Under the pieces are notes generated by a model that was not told the origin of the DNA, searched no databases, and worked only from the letters and a program-made list of their open reading frames with translations. From an uncultured Clostridia bacterium (GTDB lineage: Bacteria > Bacillota > Clostridia > Christensenellales > UBA1750): DNA of 64,000 nt. Below, one piece after another: positions 57,149 through 64,000 of this stretch. The first letter of the stretch is position 1. Every line of letters starts with the position of its first letter. Location: the NCBI GenBank assembly GCA_947625765.1, contig CANQPP010000003.1, positions 29,138-93,137 of the forward strand. Direction: 5' to 3'. The position numbers and the translations under genes were made by a program.

Positions 57149-59218
57149 TCACAGCCCGAACGGCTTTAGACACAGGTTCACGAGGAAGCAGAGCCCCAGT
57201 CCTACCCCTGTGGGCAGGGCGAAGCCCAGCGCCGTCCACTTGAGGCTGCCCGTCTCCCTGTACATGCTCCACAGCGTGGTCGAGCAGGGCCAGTGAAAGA
57301 GGGAAAAGAGCAGCGTGCACAGCGCGGTGGAGAGCGTCCAGCCGTGGGCGGTGAGCAGCGCCTTCAAGGCCGCCAGCTCGCCCATCTCCACCAGCGTGCC
57401 GGAGGACAGGTAGCCCATCAGGATCAGCGGCACCACGATCTCGTTGGCGGGGAAGCCCAAAGCGAAGGCCAGCAGGATGACGCCGTCCATGCCGAAGAGC
57501 CGGGCCGCGGGGTCCAGGAAGCCCGTCAAATGGGCGTAAAGGCTCATCTCCCCTATATGCAGGTTGGCCAGCAGCCAGATCAGCAGGCCCGCGGGCGCGG
57601 CCACCGCCGCCGCGCGGCCCAGGACGAACAGCGTGCGGTCCAGAATGGAGCGCAGCAGCACCTTGCCGATCTGCGGCCTGCGGAAGGGCGGCAGCTCCAG
57701 GGCGAAGGAGGAGGGCAGGCCTTTAAGGAGCGTGCCGGAGAGCAGCCGCGTGACGGCAAACGTGACGAAAACCCCCAGCAGGATGAGCCCGGTCAGGAGC
57801 AGCGCCGAGAGCGCCGTGGCCGCGCCGCCCGAGGCCGCCCCCACGAAGAACATGGACAGAATGGCGATGAGCGTGGGGAAGCGGCCGTTGCAGGGCACGA
57901 AGTTGTTGGTCAGGACCGCCACCAGCCGCTCCCTGGGCGAGTCGATGATGCGGCAGCCCACCACGCCCGCCGCGTTGCAGCCAAAGCCCATGAGCATGGT
58001 CAGGCACTGCTTGCCGCAGGCCCGGCAGCGCTGAAAGGCGTGGTCCAGGTTGAAGGCCACCCGGGGCAGGTAGCCCACGTCCTCCAAAAGGGTGAACAGG
58101 GGAAAGAAGATGGCCATGGGCGGCAGCATCACCGACACCACCCAGAACAGCACCCGCAGCCCGCCGTCCGCGATCAGGGACACAAGCCCCTCCGGCAGGC
58201 GTAAGAACACGAGAAGCGCCCGCACGCGGCTGAGCAGATAAAACAGCCCCCGCGACAGCAGCGCCGAGGGCAGATTCGCCCCGGAGATGGTTATGTAGAA
58301 CACCAGCGCCAGGAGCAGCAGCATCGCCAGCGTGCCCGTGAACCTGCCCGTCAGCAGCCGGTCGATCCGCAGCCGGCGCTCGTCCGGCCCCGCCGGCCCC
58401 TGCACGCAGCGCCGGCAGATCACCTCGGACCGGGCGAAGATGCTCTCCACCAGCCCATCCCGCAGGGCCTCCTCCGGCAGGGCGGCGCGCTCCTTTTCCA
58501 ATAGGGAGGACAGCTCCTCCCGCAGCGGCCGCCCCTCGTAGGCCTCCAGCTTGTCAAGGAGCGGTTCGTCTCCCTCCAGCAGGCGCAGGGCCGCCCAGCG
58601 GGCAGGCGCGCGCGTTTCCCCGAGCGCCGCCCGCACCCGCTCGATGGCCGCTTCCAGCTTTTCTCCATAAAACACCTGCGCGGGCCGGGCTTCCTCCTGC
58701 CCCTCGCACAGGGCGGACAGGCGTTGGATGCACTCGTCCAGCCCCTTCCCTTCCCGGGCCCGGGCGGCCACCACGGGCACGCCCAGCTCCTTTTCCAGGC
58801 GGGGGACGTCCACGCGGATGCCCTTCTTTTCCGCCTCGTCCATGAGGTTAATGAGCACCACCGCCCGGCCCTTGAGCTCCAGCGTCTGCAACACCAGGTT
58901 CAGATTGCGCTCCAGACAGGTGGCGTCGCAGACCACGACCGCCGCGTCCGCGCCCCCAAAGCAGAGGAAGTCGCGGGCCACTTCCTCCTCCGCCGAGTGG
59001 GCCAGCAGGGAGTAAGCGCCTGGCAGGTCCACCAGCATCGCCTCCCGCCCGCCGCAGCGGAAGCGGCCGTACGCGCTGCCCACGGTCTTGCCCGGCCAGT
59101 TGCCCGTGTGCTGCTTGCCGCCGGTCAGGGCGTTGAACACGGTGCTCTTGCCCACGTTGGGGTTCCCGGCCAGCGCCACCAGCAGCTCCTTTTGCGCCTT
59201 ATTTCCCGCCTCCGTCAT
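57149..59218 (-). CDS. feoB: Ferrous iron transport protein B
   Basis: GNPNVGKS, GNWPGKTV, DLPG, LEDVGYLPR, MGFGCN, PCNGR; ATG at 59218. Confidence 0.95.
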   Translation of the reverse strand: MTEAGNKAQKELLVALAGNPNVGKSTVFNALTGGKQHTGNWPGKTVGSAYGRFRCGGREAMLVDLPGAYSLLAHSAEEEVARDFLCFGGADAAVVVCDATCLERNLNLVLQTLELKGRAVVLINLMDEAEKKGIRVDVPRLEKELGVPVVAARAREGKGLDECIQRLSALCEGQEEARPAQVFYGEKLEAAIERVRAALGETRAPARWAALRLLEGDEPLLDKLEAYEGRPLREELSSLLEKERAALPEEALRDGLVESIFARSEVICRRCVQGPAGPDERRLRIDRLLTGRFTGTLAMLLLLALVFYITISGANLPSALLSRGLFYLLSRVRALLVFLRLPEGLVSLIADGGLRVLFWVVSVMLPPMAIFFPLFTLLEDVGYLPRVAFNLDHAFQRCRACGKQCLTMLMGFGCNAAGVVGCRIIDSPRERLVAVLTNNFVPCNGRFPTLIAILSMFFVGAASGGAATALSALLLTGLILLGVFVTFAVTRLLSGTLLKGLPSSFALELPPFRRPQIGKVLLRSILDRTLFVLGRAAAVAAPAGLLIWLLANLHIGEMSLYAHLTGFLDPAARLFGMDGVILLAFALGFPANEIVVPLILMGYLSSGTLVEMGELAALKALLTAHGWTLSTALCTLLFSLFHWPCSTTLWSMYRETGSLKWTALGFALPTGVGLGLCFLVNLCLKPFGL

Positions 59219-59478
59219 TTCCCGCTCCCCCTTCGCTTTGTTTGCGTTTCCGTTTCCTCCGCCAGGGACACCTGCGCGGCGTCCGCGGCCCGTAACGCCA
59301 CCACCGCGCCGCGGACGAGGTAGGCCCGCGGGTCCCCGGCGGGGCTTGCGAACAGGCAGCGGAGGTATGCGCCCCGGGTGAGCCCTAAGTCCAGCAGCCG
59401 CCTGCGGATGCCCTCGTTCCCGCCCAGCCCCAAAACCATACCCCCGCCGCCGACGGGCAAGCGATCCAAGCGCGTCAT
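59215..59478 (-). CDS. feoA: Ferrous iron transport protein A
   Basis: RRRLLDLGL, SPAGDP, VRGAVVALR. Confidence 0.9.
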   Translation of the reverse strand: MTRLDRLPVGGGGMVLGLGGNEGIRRRLLDLGLTRGAYLRCLFASPAGDPRAYLVRGAVVALRAADAAQVSLAEETETQTKRRGSGK

Positions 59479-59724
59479 GTTTGAAGGAACGCCTCCGTTT
59501 CCCTTTTCTCCCGGCCGGGCCGCTGATGGGACTTCTCTTCTGCAAAGTCCCATTGGCTACGATATGCCGCGCGCTCCTCTTTCGTGCGAAGGCGCCTTGG
59601 GTGTTCCTTTCAACATAGTCAAAAATTCACAGCTTTTTCGCGGCCGTGCGATTGCGCGTTTTCTTCCCTTCCTGTATACTTAAAGGCCATCAAGGGAAAT
59701 TCATACCACAAAGGGGGACCCGAT

Positions 59725-60498
59725 ATGGATAAGCTACGCGCCAAGGAAGGCTTCATCTGCGATATGGACGGCGTGATCTACCACGGCAACCAGCTGCTGC
59801 CCGGCGTGCGGGAGTTCATCGACTGGCTGTACCGCAACAACAAGCGCTTCCTGTTCCTGACCAACTCCTCCGAGCGCTCGCCCAGGGAGCTGCAGCAGAA
59901 GCTGGGCCGCCTGGGGCTGGACGTGCCCGAGGAGCACTTCTACACCTCCGCCCTGGCCACGGCCATGTTCCTGGATTCCCAGCGGCCCGGCTGCAGCGCC
60001 TACGTCATCGGCGAGCCGGGGCTCATCAACGCGCTGTACAACGTGGGCATCACCATGAACGAGGTGAACCCCGACTACGTGGTGCTGGGCGATACCCACA
60101 GCTACTCCTACGACAAGCTGGAGCGGGCCATCCAGCTGGTGCGCAAGGGCGCGCGGCTCATCGGGGCCAACCCGGACCTGACCGGCCCCATCGAGGGCGG
60201 CATCGCCCCGGCCACCAAGGCGCTGATCGCGCCCATCGAGCTTGCCACCGGCCGCACGGCCTACTTCGTGGGCAAGCCCAACCCCCTGATGATGCGCCAC
60301 GCGCTGAAGATCCTGGGCACCAGCCGCGAGCAGACCGCCATCATCGGCGACCGCATGGACACCGACATCGTGGCCGGCATCGAGTCCGAGATCGAGACGG
60401 TGCTGGTGCTCTCCGGCGTCACCGAGCGGGAGACGGTGGACCTGTTCCCCTACCGGCCCCGCTACATACTCTCCGGCGTGGGCGACATCCCCGGCTGA
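59725..60498 (+). CDS. HAD-IIA (NagD-like) phosphatase
   Basis: DMDGVIY, LTNSS, GKP, GDRMDTDI. Confidence 0.92.
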   Translation: MDKLRAKEGFICDMDGVIYHGNQLLPGVREFIDWLYRNNKRFLFLTNSSERSPRELQQKLGRLGLDVPEEHFYTSALATAMFLDSQRPGCSAYVIGEPGLINALYNVGITMNEVNPDYVVLGDTHSYSYDKLERAIQLVRKGARLIGANPDLTGPIEGGIAPATKALIAPIELATGRTAYFVGKPNPLMMRHALKILGTSREQTAIIGDRMDTDIVAGIESEIETVLVLSGVTERETVDLFPYRPRYILSGVGDIPG

Positions 60499-60501
60499 AG
60501 C

Positions 60502-60612
60502 AAAACTTAAAACCTGAACTCCAAAAACTTCATACCTTAAAATCCTTGCCTTAAAATTTTTAAATACTATTTTTAAAAATACTATTGACAAGTTTAAAAA
60601 TGATGCTATACT
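60502..60612 (+). promoter_or_regulatory. AT-rich direct-repeat array plus SigA promoter upstream of the DUF2089 operon
   Basis: Repeated AAACTT, CCTTAAAAT and TTTAAA(AA)TACTATT; TTGACA(60585)-16-TATACT with extended TG. Confidence 0.6.
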
Positions 60613-60672
60613 GGCTACATCCGCTGCAGTCGGTACCCCCGCCTTTTTCATGAAAAGGAGCAAAAGGAATTT

Positions 60673-61053
60673 ATGGCACACAAACTGATCCACAACTGCC
60701 CCGTATGCGGCAGCGGCCTGCACGTCGTGCGGCTGTGCTGTCCCTCCTGCGGCACGCAGATCGAGGGCGACTTTGAAACGGAACAGCTCCTGCGCCTGAG
60801 CGAGCAGCAGCGCAGCTTCGTGCTGAGCTTTGTCCGCAGCCGCGGCAACATCCGCGAGATGGAAAAGGAGCTGGGGCTCTCCTACCCCACGGTGCGCGCC
60901 CGTCTGGATGACATCATCCGCGCACTGGACGACGGGAAGCCCGCCCCGCGGACGAGGCAGGCCCCCACCCGCAAGCAGGTCCTGGAAATGCTCTCCGCGG
61001 GGGAGATCAGCCAGGACGAGGCGATGGAGATGATCTCCGAGCTGCAAAAGTAG
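60673..61053 (+). CDS. DUF2089 family regulator (Zn ribbon + HTH + SHOCT-like tail)
   Basis: CPVCG, CPSCGTQIEGDF, GNIREMEKELGLSYPTVRARL, RKQVLEMLSAGEISQDEA. Confidence 0.9.
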   Translation: MAHKLIHNCPVCGSGLHVVRLCCPSCGTQIEGDFETEQLLRLSEQQRSFVLSFVRSRGNIREMEKELGLSYPTVRARLDDIIRALDDGKPAPRTRQAPTRKQVLEMLSAGEISQDEAMEMISELQK

Positions 61054-61090
61054 GGAGAAGGGGCGAAACACAGAGCGAGGAGCAAAACAG

Positions 61091-62077
61091 ATGAGGTATG
61101 AAAGCATAGAGGAAGTCCTGGCCGCGGTGGCGGCGGGGAACTTGAGCGCCGAGGAAGGCGACGAAGCGATCGAGGAAATTTTGAAGGCGCAGGAAGGGCC
61201 CGGGGACAGGGATTTTGAAGGCTTTTCCGACGCGGCGGAGGAAAGAGGCCGCACGCGGCGCGGCGCCTTCGGGCATAAGGTGCCCGGCGACCTGGACGGC
61301 GTGCTGGAGCGCTTTTCCGGCGTGATCGGCGGCAGCCTCAAGGCCGAGGTGCTCAGCAGCGTGTCCGGTCCCATCGGGCATGACCTGGAAGGCCATGTGC
61401 ACGGCGATCTGAAGGGGCCCGTGGGCAGGGACTTAAAAGGCCGGGTGGACGGCAGCGTCCACGGCGCCGCCGGGGGCGACCTCTCCGGCAGCGTGGGCGG
61501 CAGCTTCCTGGGCGGCATCGGGGCGGACCTGTCCGGCAACGTCTGCGGGGACGTGCGCGGCGGCATCGGCGGGGACCTCTCCGGCAGCGTCGGCGGCAAT
61601 ATGTGCGGCGGCATCGGCGGCGATCTCTCCGGCACCGTCGGCGGAGACCTGACCGGCGGCGTCCGCGGGGACCTGTCCGGCTCCGTGGGCGGCAACATGC
61701 ACGGCGGCATCGGCGGCGACCTGTCCGGCAAGGTCCGCGGCAGCATAGACGGAGGCAGGAACGCCGAGATCCACGGCGACCTCTCCGGCGAGGTGGGCGG
61801 GGACGTGCGCATCCCCGTGCACGGAGACCTTTCCGGCGTGGTCGGCGGCAGCGTCACGCAGATCGGCGGCGACCTCTCCGGCAAGGTGGGCGGCAACGTG
61901 GACACGGTGGACGGCGATGTCTCCGGCGTGGTCGGCTCGCCCGACAAGCCCGGCAGCGGCAACATCCGCGTGGTGCGCGGGGACATCTGCCCCGGCGCCA
62001 TCGTCTACGGCCACATCGACCGCCTGCACGGCGAGAACCACGGCCAGGTGCTGGGCGGCATCGGCGAACAGTGCTGA
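61091..62077 (+). CDS. SHOCT-like N-terminus plus Gly-rich 8-aa repeat (GDLSG) domain, putative beta-solenoid
   Basis: EVLAAVAAGNLSAEEG; more than 20 periodic units such as GDLSGSVG/GNMCGGIG. Confidence 0.8.
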   Translation: MRYESIEEVLAAVAAGNLSAEEGDEAIEEILKAQEGPGDRDFEGFSDAAEERGRTRRGAFGHKVPGDLDGVLERFSGVIGGSLKAEVLSSVSGPIGHDLEGHVHGDLKGPVGRDLKGRVDGSVHGAAGGDLSGSVGGSFLGGIGADLSGNVCGDVRGGIGGDLSGSVGGNMCGGIGGDLSGTVGGDLTGGVRGDLSGSVGGNMHGGIGGDLSGKVRGSIDGGRNAEIHGDLSGEVGGDVRIPVHGDLSGVVGGSVTQIGGDLSGKVGGNVDTVDGDVSGVVGSPDKPGSGNIRVVRGDICPGAIVYGHIDRLHGENHGQVLGGIGEQC

Positions 62078-62239
62078 ATATAGGTAGACCTACCAAAGGG
62101 GTCCTTGAACGGGGCTCCTTCTTTTTGTCTTTAGCGCCAACAATAAAATTTTCTGTATTTTGCGACGAAGAGCGGGGAAAAGCGTACTTGTATGGATGAA
62201 CGGGCCTTGTTCGAGTTTTCTGCAAAAAGAGGCGGAGGG

Positions 62240-62792
62240 ATGGAGGATCGGGAGATCATCGAGCTGTATTTTCGGCGGGACGAGCGCGATCCGGGAGACC
62301 GACCGCAAGTACGGCCGCCTGTGCCTCTCCCTTTCGCGCAACATACTGGCAAGCGGCGAGGACGCCAGGGAGTGCGTGAGCGACGCCTACCTCGCTCTGT
62401 GGCGCCGCATCCCGCCGGAAAAGCCGGAGGACCTCATGGCCTATCTGGCCAAGATCGTGCGGGACCTGTCTCTTAAGCGGCTCGACCACGACCGGGCGAA
62501 GAAGCGCTGCCCGGAACTGCTCCTCTCCTTCGAGGAGCTGGAGGCCGTCCTGCCGGACGAGCGCTTTGCGGCGCAGGCGGACGGCGCAGCCCTTGCCTCT
62601 CTGCTGGGCGCGTTCCTGCGGCAGGAGACGCCCACCGCCCGCAGCGTGTTCCTGCGCAGGTACTGGTTCTTCGACAGCGTCCGGGGCATCGCGGCGCGCT
62701 TCGGCTTCAGCGAGAGCAAGGTCAAATCCCTGTTGTTCCGCACGCGCCGCCGCTTGCGGGCGTTCCTCAAGAAAGAAGGGATCGATGTATGA
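62240..62792 (+). pseudogene. ECF sigma factor with a 2-bp frameshift near 62285
   Basis: MEDREIIELYFRRDER in one frame; AIRETDRKYG...EDARECVSD...SESKVKSLLFRTR continues in another. Confidence 0.85.
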
Positions 62793-63403
62793 ACATGCCA
62801 AAACTCATAGAAGCGATGAACGAACTGGACGATGAGCTGATCTTGGCCGCGGCCGCGGACCCGCAGACAAAGGCGAAAGCGCCCCTTTTCCGCAGGCCTC
62901 TGCCCGCCGCCTGCGCGTGCCTGCTGGTCCTCGTTCTGGCACTTGCCGCCGGGCTCGCCTGGCAGGGGCAGAGAGGCGCCGCTCCCTTCGTCCTGACCGC
63001 CTACGCCGCGCAGGATGCAGGCGGTCCCCTCGCGAGCCAACTACGGCCCGGACAGGCTGTCCCGGTGAGCGCCTTCACCGCGGAAAACGGCCTGAAGGGG
63101 GCCGTTTTCTCCCACGCCGCCCAAGACCCCAAGGCGCCCGCCTCGGTCCTGATCCTCGCGGACGGCGCGGACGCGGAGGGAACGATCCGGGCGATCGCCG
63201 GGCTGGAGCTAGAGAGGGGCACGGTCTACCTGTTCTGCGTCCTGCCGGAGGACGGAAAGGCCGGGCACAGCTTCCCCTATCTCCTGCGAAACGAGGCCCA
63301 AAACACGGTCACGGCGCTGAGCATCTCCATCGAGCGGGACGGAGACGGCTATTCGGCCAAAATCGAGAACGTGGTAACAACGGAACAGAGGGCCGCGTCT
63401 TGA
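62789..63403 (+). CDS. Probable anti-sigma factor (single TM)
   Basis: LIEAMNELDDELILAA N-terminus, AACACLLVLV TM; ATGA overlap with the ECF sigma. Confidence 0.7.
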   Translation: MNMPKLIEAMNELDDELILAAAADPQTKAKAPLFRRPLPAACACLLVLVLALAAGLAWQGQRGAAPFVLTAYAAQDAGGPLASQLRPGQAVPVSAFTAENGLKGAVFSHAAQDPKAPASVLILADGADAEGTIRAIAGLELERGTVYLFCVLPEDGKAGHSFPYLLRNEAQNTVTALSISIERDGDGYSAKIENVVTTEQRAAS

Positions 63404-63413
63404 CACACAAAAA

Positions 63414-63447
63414 CAGGGCCCTCCGCGTTATTTTGCGGAAGGCCCTG
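63414..63447. terminator. Hairpin terminator between convergent genes
   Basis: CAGGGCC-CTCCGC / GCGGAA-GGCCCTG. Confidence 0.55.
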
Positions 63448-63463
63448 CTGTGTGTATTGGGGT

Positions 63464-64000
63464 TTATCCCTCGATGGCTGCCCGCCGGGTGTTGGCCCGG
63501 TAGATCCGCTCGTAGATCGCGGGCGCGAACTTGGGGCTGCGGTCGTAGTTGACCAGGCCGTTCTGCTCCTGCTCGATGTTGGTCAGCTGCGTGTAGCAGT
63601 AGGCGCAGACCGCGGGGCTGTCCAGAAGGGCGGCGGTCAGCCCCTCGAAGCGCTGGGCGAACTCCTCCTCGCTCTTGGGCGCCTGCCCGTAGCCCCAGCC
63701 GTCGCTGCGGCCGGGGGCCCACCACGCGCCGCCGAACTCGCTGACGAAGAAGGGCTGCCCCTCGTGCTTCTGCCGCTTGGGGAAGGTCTCGTGGACCTGC
63801 CCCGGCTCCAGCGCGCCGTAGCGCGCCTGGTAGAGCTCCACGTCCTGCTCGTAGTCGTGCACGTCGTACACGTCTGTCTGCACGTGGAAGTTGCCGGAGG
63901 TGTCGATCACCGGCCGCGTGGGGTCCATGGCCTTGGTGGCCAGGTACACGCTGCGCAGCACCTCGTCGTCCTGCTTGCGGCCGTCCACGTCCCAGGTCTC
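63464..64000 (-). CDS. GH2 glycoside hydrolase, C-terminal part (5' end outside window)
   Basis: DPTRPVIDTSG, DVHDY, VSEFGG, YCYTQLTNIEQEQNGL. Confidence 0.88.
   Translation of the reverse strand, partial: ETWDVDGRKQDDEVLRSVYLATKAMDPTRPVIDTSGNFHVQTDVYDVHDYEQDVELYQARYGALEPGQVHETFPKRQKHEGQPFFVSEFGGAWWAPGRSDGWGYGQAPKSEEEFAQRFEGLTAALLDSPAVCAYCYTQLTNIEQEQNGLVNYDRSPKFAPAIYERIYRANTRRAAIEG

Overview
High-GC chromosomal window from a spore-forming Clostridia-like (Bacillota) bacterium. Housekeeping and metabolic content: the 3' part of rplA, a DnaD/DnaC-like helicase-loader pair, sigK and sigH, three GH2 glycosidases, a lysine-riboswitch-controlled dapA-dapB locus, a flavodoxin/aldo-keto reductase cluster, hydG-hydF, mrnC-thyX-rlmB-yacP, MBOAT/DHHW, feoAB, and tRNA-Arg(ACG) and tRNA-Thr(GGT). 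I found no CRISPR-Cas, transposase or integrase. Four things stand out. (1) An AT-rich ~1.9 kb island (22170-24060) holds a tight five-gene operon: a JAB/JAMM metalloprotease, two Cys4-motif small proteins, a 14-aa-repeat microprotein and a small membrane protein. Its upstream region is bracketed by a perfect 20-bp inverted repeat, each copy part of a 12-6-12 dyad, so it is a candidate invertible promoter or paired operators. (2) An 11-unit, ~130-bp non-coding hairpin array has compensatory stem changes and tandem Spo0A-box-like heptamers, next to tRNA-Arg. (3) A second ~140-bp tandem array follows rplA. (4) DapB is fused to aspartokinase-type ACT domains. Two genes are frameshifted in simple repeats. 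All family assignments come from reading motifs by eye; no database search was run.
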